Shown here piece after piece: positions 16,403 to 25,059 of a DNA stretch of 64,000 bases. The DNA is taken from positions 28,772 to 92,771 of IMG/VR virus record IMGVR_UViG_3300014502_000001. One strand, given 5' to 3'. Each line of letters begins with the position of its first letter. The first letter of the stretch is position 1. The notes under the pieces are model-generated. The model did not search any database, was not told the DNA's origin, and saw only the letters and a program-made list of their open reading frames with translations. Position numbers and translations under genes: made by a program. Source of the DNA: a virus.

Positions 16403-17772
16403 TATTTCACCTCTGGATCTGGAGTGGCTTCAACATCTGCGGCGATTGCGTCCTCGTCAGAAACGCGCTCGCCGATGATATGGCACAATTCCCTTTCAAT
16501 GATAACATGCGCAGTACGACGATCCTTAGCCTTGCGCCCACCGGCCAAGAATATTCTTAGCTTTTTTACCTTGGCCTCTTCGATATCCTGATTCAACGTC
16601 AGGATCATATCTGCGTCACGCATCGGCTCAAGGGAATCCGCTGAATCATCCAGATCAACAGTGTGCTTTTTCTTTGCACCACGAGTAGCTTGATGGAGCA
16701 GCCAGACGGGAACGTGATAGCGCTGAGCCAAGGAGATCAGCTCTTTGCATATTTGACCAAGCACTTCATAGCGCTCTCCTGGTCGCGACACCCATCTTCC
16801 ATTAGTGATCATCAGCGTCAGATAATCAACAATGACCAAAGCTGGAATAAACTTTTCCCTTGCCCGCATGCGAGCTAAGTGGTTTTCAATCGCCAGCGTG
16901 TTACACGTCAGCGCTGGGAAATGCTTAATGACCAAGCGCCCGTTAGCCGCGTCGGCACGATGGGCCTCAACTCTTTCGCGCACTTCATCCTCGTGCGCCC
17001 TAAGCTGGTCTCTGGGGATACCAGATATGAGACAATCATAATTGTCGGTGATGTCGGTTGGTGTGCCTTCCATAATATAGTGGGCTACATTTTTCTGATT
17101 CCATACGGCGTTGGCACCCAGGTTCACCGACAATGTGGTCTTACCTTTTTTAGCAAAGCCAAGGATAACGCCCAATTCACCTGGAGCTAGCCCGCCGCCT
17201 AATATGTAATCCAAATGCTGAATGCCTGTGCTGATAGCCAACTGGGCACGCGTGATGCCGCTGCGCCTGTCCTCTAGGCGCTTTTCCAAGTCCTCATAAT
17301 ATAGCGTCCCAAGGTCTTTACTGTTTTCTCCGATGGCCAGGGCCACGCGTACCTTTTCCAGGATATCGTTGTAATTCTTTTTCTTGCGAATGATGTCAGC
17401 GCTTTCAGCCATAGCCGCTTTGATGCCCTGATACCGCGCAAATTCTACCGCCTTATCTTTAACATATGAAAAGTCCGCAGAGTCCACCATGCTGGTCACT
17501 TCCTGATAGACGGTCAGGTACTCGTCCACAGGGAGCTTTTTCTTACTCTCCAGAAATGTTTCAAACTCCGTCGTCAGCTCATCCAAGTCTGGCAAGCGAT
17601 TATATTTACCATGGAAGGCATAGACGATCACCATGATGTCAGACACCGCTGGGTTGTCAAACATTTCTGGAGTTATAGACTCCGCCGTATCAAGAAATTC
17701 CTCATCAGTGGAAAGGATCCACGCCGCTATTTTTTTCTGGATAGGATCTGAAAAAGGAAACTGTTCAGACAT
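16402..17772 (-). CDS. Replicative DnaB-like (SF4) helicase
   Basis: ISTGI..LD..LGGGL.PGEL, GFAKKGKT (Walker A), VIVDYL, HQATR, ADS....RDADMI. Confidence 0.92.
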   Translation of the reverse strand: MSEQFPFSDPIQKKIAAWILSTDEEFLDTAESITPEMFDNPAVSDIMVIVYAFHGKYNRLPDLDELTTEFETFLESKKKLPVDEYLTVYQEVTSMVDSADFSYVKDKAVEFARYQGIKAAMAESADIIRKKKNYNDILEKVRVALAIGENSKDLGTLYYEDLEKRLEDRRSGITRAQLAISTGIQHLDYILGGGLAPGELGVILGFAKKGKTTLSVNLGANAVWNQKNVAHYIMEGTPTDITDNYDCLISGIPRDQLRAHEDEVRERVEAHRADAANGRLVIKHFPALTCNTLAIENHLARMRAREKFIPALVIVDYLTLMITNGRWVSRPGERYEVLGQICKELISLAQRYHVPVWLLHQATRGAKKKHTVDLDDSADSLEPMRDADMILTLNQDIEEAKVKKLRIFLAGGRKAKDRRTAHVIIERELCHIIGERVSDEDAIAADVEATPDPEVK

Positions 17773-18466
17773 ATTGCGCCATCCTTACTTTGGCAAACTT
17801 TTCTTCCAGCGCCACGCGTGCCTCGGCCAGCTTATCCTTTTCCTTGGGTCTGAGCTTAGCATATACCTGCTGCTGAATAATGACCAGATATTCAGGCGTC
17901 CCCTCTTCCCACAGCAACGGATGAGTGGCAATATAAGTCTTGGCCAGTTTTCCCAACCGCGCTGCCTGCTCCAGCTGCGCTATTGCTATTGTTTTATTCA
18001 TTTCCCCATAAACCTTCTCCACGTGTTCCAGGCGTGCCGTGAAAATCTCCGCTGAGGCAATCAGAGGATTCAGATATCCTTTGAAAGGAACGCTCATCTC
18101 TGCCTTCACTCGTTCATCGTCCAGCTCATAACTCTGGGCCAGCCGCTCTTTCCAGGCCTTTACCCGCTTTATAGCCGCTGGAGAAGCCAGCATCGACAAC
18201 GGCGGATATTTGAGACTGGGATTAACATTTTTCAGCCACGGCATTATTTGCTCAAATTGAACCTTGATATAAAGCTCCAGCGATAGCCCACAATCCATAG
18301 CCTGTCTTATGATGCGTTCAAACATTTTGATATTGCGCTGGCCTTTAGGTGTGCTCTCTCTGAAAGAGAATCTGAAAATAGCTTCTGGAAAAAATCTGCG
18401 AGCATAACTTTCATAAATTTGGGCCACTGATAAGCACTCATCAATCGAGATAACGCTGGTCTTCAT
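17765..18466 (-). CDS. Hypothetical replication-associated protein (possible helicase loader or initiator C-terminal domain)
   Basis: 233-aa ORF overlapping the helicase gene; function inferred from position only. Confidence 0.6.
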   Translation of the reverse strand: MKTSVISIDECLSVAQIYESYARRFFPEAIFRFSFRESTPKGQRNIKMFERIIRQAMDCGLSLELYIKVQFEQIMPWLKNVNPSLKYPPLSMLASPAAIKRVKAWKERLAQSYELDDERVKAEMSVPFKGYLNPLIASAEIFTARLEHVEKVYGEMNKTIAIAQLEQAARLGKLAKTYIATHPLLWEEGTPEYLVIIQQQVYAKLRPKEKDKLAEARVALEEKFAKVRMAQYV

Positions 18467-18684
18467 TTCTTCCCAGCGTCTTTTTCTGGAATTGTCTTTG
18501 CCGAAGGCTCTCCGGTCCGCAACGCGGACGGAGAGTGGGACTTATTATGTTTATTGGATTCCATCCTATCGACTATCTCGCATGACAATACTATCTCGCT
18601 TTGCTCGATAGCATTATCATGCTCGATTTTCATATTTTCCATAGTGACTGAATGCATTCTATTCCAGTTATAATTTTTATTCAA
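18463..18684 (-). CDS. Small low-complexity ORF of uncertain status
   Basis: ATGA overlap with the downstream gene; TTG start, no clear RBS. Confidence 0.3.
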   Translation of the reverse strand: MNKNYNWNRMHSVTMENMKIEHDNAIEQSEIVLSCEIVDRMESNKHNKSHSPSALRTGEPSAKTIPEKDAGKK

Positions 18685-18689
18685 TCTAT

Positions 18690-18880
18690 TCTTCTATGGT
18701 TTCAACTGATATATGCTTTCCACGCGTACCGCGCCCGCGCCCGCGCTAGCGCGAACCTTTATTATATGGCGACAATAGGATGGTATCCGTCCTCGGAGGA
18801 TATAGGATGATAGCCAGCCTGCATAGGCTGGGATCCGTCCTCGGGACGATTCGCTATATAAACGTGAAAACAAAGAAGAT
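18690..18880. repeat. Origin-like region with short direct repeats and a hairpin
   Basis: ATCCGTCCTCGG at 18785 and 18833 (48-bp period); ATAGGATG twice; inverted repeat CCAGCCT-gcat-AGGCTGG at 18814-18831; lies between an HTH gene and the helicase. Confidence 0.45.
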
Positions 18881-18881
18881 A

Positions 18882-19190
18882 TCATATGCTTTTGAGCAGT
18901 TTATAAACCATTGTATGGCCGGCAATACCTTTAAGCTCTCGAATAATATATTCAGATTTCTCAAGAGCCGAAAGGCAGGCTTGGACTTTCCAGCGGCTAT
19001 ATCCGCATAGCTTCACGATCTCCGTCAAAGACATTTCGCTGTAGTCCTCAGCGTCAGCCGCCGACAGCAGAATAAGAAATACCTCAAGAGCTCCTTCCCT
19101 GATGCGGATGAATTTCTTGATGGTTCCACTGGTGGCGATGTCCTCTTCGCGCAAGAGGCATTTGTTTTCCTTCTTCTTGGTGATAGTCAC
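18882..19190 (-). CDS. Winged helix-turn-helix DNA-binding protein
   Basis: SLTEIVKLCGYSRWKVQACLSALEKSEYIIR followed by a wing (VYKL). Confidence 0.75.
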   Translation of the reverse strand: MTITKKKENKCLLREEDIATSGTIKKFIRIREGALEVFLILLSAADAEDYSEMSLTEIVKLCGYSRWKVQACLSALEKSEYIIRELKGIAGHTMVYKLLKSI

Positions 19191-19202
19191 GGCGTGCTCC
19201 TT

Positions 19203-19658
19203 TTAATATGCTACAGAACTTTTTTCAAACATGACTTTGTAAAGCATCTTATCGTCGTTCTGGATAGGCTCCTGAACAAGCAATGCTTTGGCTTCCAGGG
19301 CATCAAATTTTCCTTTCAGATCAATAACAGTTGCCAGTCCTGTTACGGTGATACGAAAACCACTAGCGTCCTCAAAAACATGATAGATGCCATTTTTACG
19401 ATCTGATCTGCTAGCATCAGAGAACCAGAATGCTAGCCCTATAACTTTGTCCTGTGACGACTCTGGGTCTGTAATGCCATAGACCATGCAAGTGGAATGA
19501 TAGCCAATCATATTGAGAGCCGCTTTGTTGAATCTCAAGGCTCTAGAGCGACTGTGTTTCTTACCAGCATTGGCAATGTGAACACAAGGAAGTGGAAAAA
19601 TAGCACCACTGTTTTTCTCCATCTCGATGTTCGTGAACAGCGTTAGTTTTTCACTCAT
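19203..19658 (-). CDS. Hypothetical protein
   Basis: AAGGAGG RBS, ATGA overlap. Confidence 0.65.
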   Translation of the reverse strand: MSEKLTLFTNIEMEKNSGAIFPLPCVHIANAGKKHSRSRALRFNKAALNMIGYHSTCMVYGITDPESSQDKVIGLAFWFSDASRSDRKNGIYHVFEDASGFRITVTGLATVIDLKGKFDALEAKALLVQEPIQNDDKMLYKVMFEKSSVAY

Positions 19659-19981
19659 TTGGGATCCTCCTTGATCCTGATGTAATAGTCAGTCCCTTTT
19701 CGATATACATCTACCAGCTTTCCTACAGGAAAACCATGTAAATCTGGACTGCCATATCCTGATTTGGTGATGATTTTAATATCACCAATTTTCAGCTCAT
19801 AAACGCCCATTTCCTTTTGCTGCTCGGCGCTTAGCCTATAGGTGCCAACATAATCAGCCGCTGAAAGATGTTCCCCTATAGGCGTCCTCATAAAGACTGC
19901 AATCACCCAGGCAAAAAATAGAGTGCCAAATATAACGGTCGCAATCCCACTAAATAATTCTTTTAGCTTTTCTTTTTTCAC
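19655..19981 (-). CDS. Membrane-anchored hypothetical protein
   Basis: One hydrophobic segment (GIATVIFGTLFFAWVIAVF); likely GTG start at 19981. Confidence 0.55.
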   Translation of the reverse strand: MKKEKLKELFSGIATVIFGTLFFAWVIAVFMRTPIGEHLSAADYVGTYRLSAEQQKEMGVYELKIGDIKIITKSGYGSPDLHGFPVGKLVDVYRKGTDYYIRIKEDPK

Positions 19982-21347
19982 AGGGAAATCCTTCGGCCTT
20001 ATAAATGGCCACGCGCTCGGCGCTATGATCACAGAGATATTTGCTGCTATCCAAAAAGTCATAGACCTTTAGCTTTGATCCATCAGCCTTGGGCCTCAGT
20101 CCTCGGCCTATACGTTGAATGGTCAGGACTTCTGACTTCCCGCCCGCCGCTATAATAAGAGTGTTAATCTCAGGGATATCTACACCTTCGCTGAATATAG
20201 GCGAGGCGATCAGTACAAAATTCCCTGTCTCATTGAAATCAATCATGGCATATTCACGCGCCTCAGAGCTGTCCTTACCTGTTAGAAAAATAGATGACAC
20301 TCCACGCGCTGATAGCATATCTGTTATTTCATTGCCGTGCTCAATTATGCGGATAAGGATCAGAACCTTATTTCCCGCCTTGTGCTCCTCGGCCGCTATT
20401 TGGGCTATGGTATTGTTACGACTCCACGAGTGCACAATACCATTCTCATATATGTCTGGCCAGCGATAGCCGCTCACCTGCTCAGGATTTGATACCAGCT
20501 CAATATTGATGCCAGACAGATATCCTTTGTCCATCAGTGCCTTTGATCTGATGCGCTGAATAGGCGCTCCAAAAACTGAAAGCATTTTCATGTTGGATAG
20601 CATGTCACGCCGTAGCACGGTGCCCGATAGGCCATATCTATAATACGCCGAGTGCGCATACATTCCAATTTTATACCAGGTTGAAGCGCTGGAATGATGA
20701 GCCTCATCCTGGAATAGAACAAAAAATGAATTGATCAGATTTTTGAATCCCTCAGGGTCGCGGTGAGAATATGCCGACAGGGACTGGACTGTGGCAACCA
20801 CCACTGCTGGGTTTGTGTTAAATTCACCATCACCGACCATTCCTATGGTTTGGCCCAGGCGCTCAGTGAAGCGCTTAGCTGTTTGACGCAGCAGGTCCTG
20901 GGTGTGAACGAGGAAAAGTGTTTTCAGTCCTAGGTGAATGATAATCCCTGCAGCGATCTCGGTTTTGCCTGAGCCCGTGGGCAGCTCCAGCACGCCGCGC
21001 TTAGCCTCTGCCGCTTCCTTTATAGCATCTAGTTGGTAGTCGCGCAGCGTAATGCCACCTAGCATGTCTGCAGAGATATCTTTCTTGCATGAATTTGGAA
21101 TTCTGCGCAGGTCAATGATTTCAAAATCAATATTGTTTCTTGCAAAATATCCAACCACATTGGGAAGCAGGCCGGTCGGGAATTTAAGTGATGGCACCTT
21201 TAAGGCGTGCCACATGCCATCCCACAGACCAGCTTTATATTTCGGGCTGTACTGATATCCCTCATAGGTGAATGTCAGTTCTTTTTCCAAAGCCATCGTA
21301 TAGCCGCTGAGTTGGCTTTGGACGTTGCTCACGAAGATCTTGTACAT
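19950..21347 (-). CDS. Superfamily 2 helicase (UvsW/Res-III-like)
   Basis: LRDYQ, PTGSGKT, DEAHH, GLSGT, EGVDIP, QRIGRGLR. Confidence 0.93.
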   Translation of the reverse strand: MYKIFVSNVQSQLSGYTMALEKELTFTYEGYQYSPKYKAGLWDGMWHALKVPSLKFPTGLLPNVVGYFARNNIDFEIIDLRRIPNSCKKDISADMLGGITLRDYQLDAIKEAAEAKRGVLELPTGSGKTEIAAGIIIHLGLKTLFLVHTQDLLRQTAKRFTERLGQTIGMVGDGEFNTNPAVVVATVQSLSAYSHRDPEGFKNLINSFFVLFQDEAHHSSASTWYKIGMYAHSAYYRYGLSGTVLRRDMLSNMKMLSVFGAPIQRIRSKALMDKGYLSGINIELVSNPEQVSGYRWPDIYENGIVHSWSRNNTIAQIAAEEHKAGNKVLILIRIIEHGNEITDMLSARGVSSIFLTGKDSSEAREYAMIDFNETGNFVLIASPIFSEGVDIPEINTLIIAAGGKSEVLTIQRIGRGLRPKADGSKLKVYDFLDSSKYLCDHSAERVAIYKAEGFPCEKRKAKRII

Positions 21348-21412
21348 ATGCTTTCCATCCTAGACGGCTGGAGAAAAATGATCTATGGAGAAAACTGTGT
21401 TCATGGTTTTAC

Positions 21413-21533
21413 TGGATAGAGAAAAAACAGAGGAGGCAGAAAACTCTTAACTGGGAGGAAAAGAGTGTCGCGCTAGGCCGCGCAACTATGGGGAGACCGT
21501 TGGCCGTCATATTCCGCCTCCTCTTCCTATCCA
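21413..21533 (-). ncRNA. Candidate structured RNA / 5' leader of the replication operon
   Basis: Closing stems UGGAUAG/CUAUCCA and AGAGGAGGCGGAA/UUCUGCCUCCUCU enclose internal hairpins (ACUCUU/AAGAGU); begins just downstream of a promoter. Confidence 0.45.
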
Positions 21534-21540
21534 AAGTCGT

Positions 21541-21569
21541 ATTATACTCTGCTACTTTTTTTAAGTAAA
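21541..21569 (-). promoter_or_regulatory. sigma70-like promoter TTTACT-17-TATAAT
   Basis: Minus strand TTTACT taaaaaaagtagcagag TATAAT. Confidence 0.7.
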
Positions 21570-21781
21570 GGGCTCTGTACAAAACATTGAAAGCCTATTA
21601 CATGCTTTGCAGTTAGCACTTTACAGTCGTTTGCGCAGTGCAGGCATACGGCCATGACCTTTGTGCGTGAGTCAATCCTGGCCAGGATATCTCCAGCCAT
21701 CTCGCGCCGCAGCGGGTCGGCGTGCTGGAGAACGCCTATGATATGTCTCTTAATGGATTGGGAGCTGACTGCTCTTTTCAT
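21542..21781 (-). CDS. Small Cys-rich hypothetical protein
   Basis: CLHC..C..C; ATGA overlap. Confidence 0.55.
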   Translation of the reverse strand: MKRAVSSQSIKRHIIGVLQHADPLRREMAGDILARIDSRTKVMAVCLHCANDCKVLTAKHVIGFQCFVQSPLLKKSSRV

Positions 21782-22224
21782 CTTCCATATCCTTTTGAGG
21801 AATCAGGCTTTTCCTCAGCGGCAAATTCGCTGGGCACCAGATCCTTTTCAGCCATAGCCGCCCGCGTAGCATCAGCGCCCAGTGCGTCCTCAGAAAAGTG
21901 GACAGAGGGAAACTGCGCAGACAGAAAGCTGCGCAGATGCATTGGACACTTGACGTATATGGCCAGCAGCATAGCGTCCCGCCGCATGACGGGAACTTTG
22001 CAAAGCTTGCGGATAGCGTTCCACTTATCGTTCTGCTCACGATAAACGGAAAGCACGGTGGACAGAGATGGCAGATTTTTCTTCACGCTTTTGCGCTGGC
22101 TGATAATCTCTCCAGTCTCTTTCAGCAATGCGACATAAAGATCAAGCACCGCCTTTTCCACTGTATCATCAGCTCCCTTAGACGGGGTCGCCAGATACTT
22201 GGCATAATACTCTTTTGCTTTCAT
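21778..22224 (-). CDS. Hypothetical protein
   Basis: AAGGAG RBS; MKAKEYYAKY start. Confidence 0.7.
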   Translation of the reverse strand: MKAKEYYAKYLATPSKGADDTVEKAVLDLYVALLKETGEIISQRKSVKKNLPSLSTVLSVYREQNDKWNAIRKLCKVPVMRRDAMLLAIYVKCPMHLRSFLSAQFPSVHFSEDALGADATRAAMAEKDLVPSEFAAEEKPDSSKGYGR

Positions 22225-22242
22225 CGTGTTACTCCTTTTTAT

Positions 22243-22530
22243 TTATCCAGCGCGAAATGATGCACAAATAATGCCCGCCTTGGTGCCTGTGGTAGCTCTG
22301 CCAAGATATCTCGCCTTGACATGGTCGGGACTTTCCACCCACGTCTCGCCGACCCATTGCTGATATCTGCCCGTCCACATTTCAGATTTAGGATCCCATT
22401 TCTGACTCTTGTCCGGGTGGATTCTTTTAGCCTCAGCCTCAGTGGTAGCTGCTACAACCATAGCGTCGTATGTGTCATAGTGCTTTGTCTCGTTAGTGGG
22501 ATAGACCAGCCATAGCTTCATAGTTTTCAT
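22243..22530 (-). CDS. Hypothetical phage protein (YDTYD..VVAA..E.EA..IHP...SF.AG type)
   Basis: Start at ATG 22530 with ATGA overlap. Confidence 0.7.
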   Translation of the reverse strand: MKTMKLWLVYPTNETKHYDTYDAMVVAATTEAEAKRIHPDKSQKWDPKSEMWTGRYQQWVGETWVESPDHVKARYLGRATTGTKAGIICASFRAG

Positions 22531-22955
22531 ATCCTTACTCCTATTTTCAGCAGAACCATGATATCGAATTTCCTGGCATAGCGAATTTTGGCCCATGTAC
22601 TGGTGCTCAAAATTTCCTCTTCAACTTTAGGCGTAGTGATGAGCGCCTGGCAATTACTGATGATGTCCCTATTGCACTGGGCAAAAGGTTTTGCTGGCCA
22701 GTAATAGTCGCCCATGCATAGCGCCCGCATTTGGTCATTGTCGGAGGGATGAATGATAATCGTGTACCCAATTTCACGCGCAATTGCGTGAGCCTGTTTG
22801 TCGGAGCCGATACAGTCGCTGTGGTGAAACTCACAAAATCCTTTACCGTAAAGGCTCTGAAGAGTTTTCTGCACAAAGCGCTGCTGCTCGTCCGTCAAGC
22901 TATCACGCGTGCCAGCGAAGCCAACAGATTTGAATCCCTGACCTGATTGAGGCAT
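22527..22955 (-). CDS. SLOG-superfamily (YspA/DprA-like) nucleotide-binding protein
   Basis: VGFAGTR, FHHSDCIGSD..AH, IHP, NRDII, TW..IRYA; start at ATG 22955. Confidence 0.7.
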   Translation of the reverse strand: MPQSGQGFKSVGFAGTRDSLTDEQQRFVQKTLQSLYGKGFCEFHHSDCIGSDKQAHAIAREIGYTIIIHPSDNDQMRALCMGDYYWPAKPFAQCNRDIISNCQALITTPKVEEEILSTSTWAKIRYARKFDIMVLLKIGVRI

Positions 22956-22956
22956 T

Positions 22957-23187
22957 TTATCTCTCCGGACGAGAATTTGGATTGTACCGCTTGCCGCACT
23001 CAGGGCATTTGTAGGACTTCGGAAGCTGCTTGAGCTTGACGCGGCAGTCGGGACAAATCGGGATATCCCGCCAGTATGGCATGCAAACGCTGCAGTGGTC
23101 ATAGTCCACACCATAGCTGTGAGCCTCTCCACGGCAAACTGACCAAACGGGATTGGGCAGTATTTTTGCGACGCTGGTTTCACTCAT
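22957..23187 (-). CDS. Small zinc-ribbon protein
   Basis: CSVC, CPDC, CPEC. Confidence 0.65.
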   Translation of the reverse strand: MSETSVAKILPNPVWSVCRGEAHSYGVDYDHCSVCMPYWRDIPICPDCRVKLKQLPKSYKCPECGKRYNPNSRPER

Positions 23188-23467
23188 ATCGCACCAGATG
23201 AAATACCTTGCGCGCAATGCTGACGGCCTGTTCATAAGGTAGCGAATTGCAAATCATAAAAGCTCCATCATCACCGCGACCCTTCATACGGTCAGCGTCC
23301 AGCACGACCTCAATGACCTCATCCCTGGTGCTCCAGCTGCGCCCGTCCTCGCGCGCGAGCGCCGCTAAATCACTGCCGACAGCTTCATAGGTGCGCCACA
23401 TCAGGCGCTTGATTCTGTCCAGTAGATCGGGCGAAAGCTTGATCTCTTTAATTTTTTTCATCGTCAT
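23180..23467 (-). CDS. Hypothetical protein
   Basis: GAGGAG RBS; packed ORF. Confidence 0.6.
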   Translation of the reverse strand: MTMKKIKEIKLSPDLLDRIKRLMWRTYEAVGSDLAALAREDGRSWSTRDEVIEVVLDADRMKGRGDDGAFMICNSLPYEQAVSIARKVFHLVRYE

Positions 23468-23651
23468 TCTCCTCTACCAGTTTGAATTTTCTGCCTTCCA
23501 TAGTTTTGTCGATAAATTGGCCGTTATTTTCACCATAAGCCAAAAGGTAAAACTGGCGAGTCAGCACCCATGTTCTGCCGCCATCGTAGGACACCATCGA
23601 GCTTTTAAGCTTTACGGGAGTGATTGTTGCCACCGTCAGTCCTGGTGTCAT
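23448..23651 (-). CDS. Hypothetical protein
   Basis: Start reassigned to ATG 23651, just after the previous stop. Confidence 0.45.
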   Translation of the reverse strand: MTPGLTVATITPVKLKSSMVSYDGGRTWVLTRQFYLLAYGENNGQFIDKTMEGRKFKLVEENDDEKN

Positions 23652-23652
23652 A

Positions 23653-24000
23653 TCAGTCCAGCCTGTCTTCCATCTCAGCGATAGCCGCCCGCGCCCGCCG
23701 CCACGCCGCCACACCGACGCTGAGGATATGAAGATTGTATTCCGTTTCCTCATATGCTTTTGTCGCCGTATCGATCCAGCTCAGGTTGGAGCCCCACTCC
23801 TCGTTGAGCGTTTTGATGGCGATGGCGATGTCCATATTGCGCGTCGACATCTTTTTGATGTCTTCCGCCATTTTCTTCAGGCTGGCTTCCATCATTTCCC
23901 GCTTGCCGTGATTCAGCGTCCAGGCGTTCTGTTCCTGCATCTCGCGGTTGTGCTGGCGCCACTGTTCCTTTGTCCAGTTTTTGCGATCTTCGATGATCAT
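23653..24000 (-). CDS. Hypothetical protein
   Basis: AAGGAG RBS; helical. Confidence 0.65.
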   Translation of the reverse strand: MIIEDRKNWTKEQWRQHNREMQEQNAWTLNHGKREMMEASLKKMAEDIKKMSTRNMDIAIAIKTLNEEWGSNLSWIDTATKAYEETEYNLHILSVGVAAWRRARAAIAEMEDRLD

Positions 24001-24003
24001 GAT

Positions 24004-24519
24004 TTACTCCTTTTCTTCGGACTTCATTCCAGGAACTTCACCAGGCTCCAGCATTTCACTGCCAGGGAAAAGCTCGTGATCCTCTTCGGACAGAATCGGT
24101 CGCTCAGCTTTTTCTTCTTTACGATTTGCATGGACGACGAAATAAGGAACTCCGCCAGGAAGTATGCTCCAGATCTCCCGAGGAAGCTGGATGCTTGCCC
24201 AGCCCGCCGCCACGCCTAAAACCAGAAGAGCCTCGACATCTCTCTGTTGTCCCCAGAGCTCCCCATTTTTTGTCATGCAGGCGTTCAAGAAAGACCACCC
24301 GCCGCCGCCGCCTTCCGTCTCTTCGAGAAACTGCTGAGGAAGCTGATGGAGAAGCCATCCGATCCTTTCCGCATATTTCTCGATCTTGTCTTTGCTGAAA
24401 CAGAAGTTTCTGACAATACTATGCGCGATCACATAGCTGTCACCTTCAACCGGAGCGTGTCCCAGCAGACAGGCCAGGATAATTCCTTCGACTTCATTGG
24501 CCGTCAAATTCTCGTTCAT
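24004..24519 (-). CDS. Hypothetical phage protein (GGGWSFLNAC..G..W type)
   Basis: Start at ATG 24519 behind AAGGA. Confidence 0.7.
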   Translation of the reverse strand: MNENLTANEVEGIILACLLGHAPVEGDSYVIAHSIVRNFCFSKDKIEKYAERIGWLLHQLPQQFLEETEGGGGGWSFLNACMTKNGELWGQQRDVEALLVLGVAAGWASIQLPREIWSILPGGVPYFVVHANRKEEKAERPILSEEDHELFPGSEMLEPGEVPGMKSEEKE

Positions 24520-24532
24520 ATTTTTTTCCTTT

Positions 24533-24748
24533 TTATGAGATCTGTTTGATCGTACCCAGGCACCGCAAGCATGGAGTCCATTTCCGCGAAAAGGTTTTCG
24601 CCATCTTGCCCGCCCGCGCCTTACGCCCACAGCTACACCGTCCATGATTGGATGCGGTGCGCGCCCGCGCCTTGGTACAGTCCAGGCAAACGTCCCAGCG
24701 CAGCGCCTCAATCACACCTAGCGGCTTTCCACAGCCTGTGCAGTCCAT
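24533..24748 (-). CDS. Small Cys-rich (zinc-finger) protein
   Basis: CTGC, CLDC, CSC, CLRC; GGAGG RBS. Confidence 0.6.
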   Translation of the reverse strand: MDCTGCGKPLGVIEALRWDVCLDCTKARARTASNHGRCSCGRKARAGKMAKTFSRKWTPCLRCLGTIKQIS

Positions 24749-24749
24749 A

Positions 24750-25055
24750 TTAGCCTTCCTTCGGCTGGGTGGATTCCACAGCCTTTAGCGCTGAAAGATT
24801 CACGCGCCACTTGATTCCGCTGGCCTCAGAAATGTCGGCGCTGACTTGGTTGATCTTGGTGATACGACCCGTCACCCGTCCACGGTGCCGCCCGCTGAAA
24901 GTGACCTGCTGGCCGACTGCGAAGATGAATTTTGCCTCCAGCGCCCGCTGCCCGTTGATCGTTTTCCAGTGGTCGCGGATAGCGTTATTCACCGCCTTCA
25001 AATCGTCCAGGCTGTTCAGCTTGTAAATCTCGTTGATCAGATCTTGTTTGGTCAT
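24750..25055 (-). CDS. Small SH3-like beta-barrel hypothetical protein
   Basis: F.VGQ.V.F..G.ITKIN....WRV..S.L. Confidence 0.65.
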   Translation of the reverse strand: MTKQDLINEIYKLNSLDDLKAVNNAIRDHWKTINGQRALEAKFIFAVGQQVTFSGRHRGRVTGRITKINQVSADISEASGIKWRVNLSALKAVESTQPKEG

Positions 25056-25059
25056 ATTA

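Noticed and set aside
18760-18884. Stop-codon reassignment or readthrough extending the wHTH gene
   Set aside because: Readthrough meets TAA within ~39 codons, and TGA, TAG and TAA all act as normal stops in conserved genes across the window.
21420-21525. tRNA gene in the multibranch intergenic structure
   Set aside because: No TTCRA T-loop, D-loop consensus or CCA end; stem lengths do not fit.
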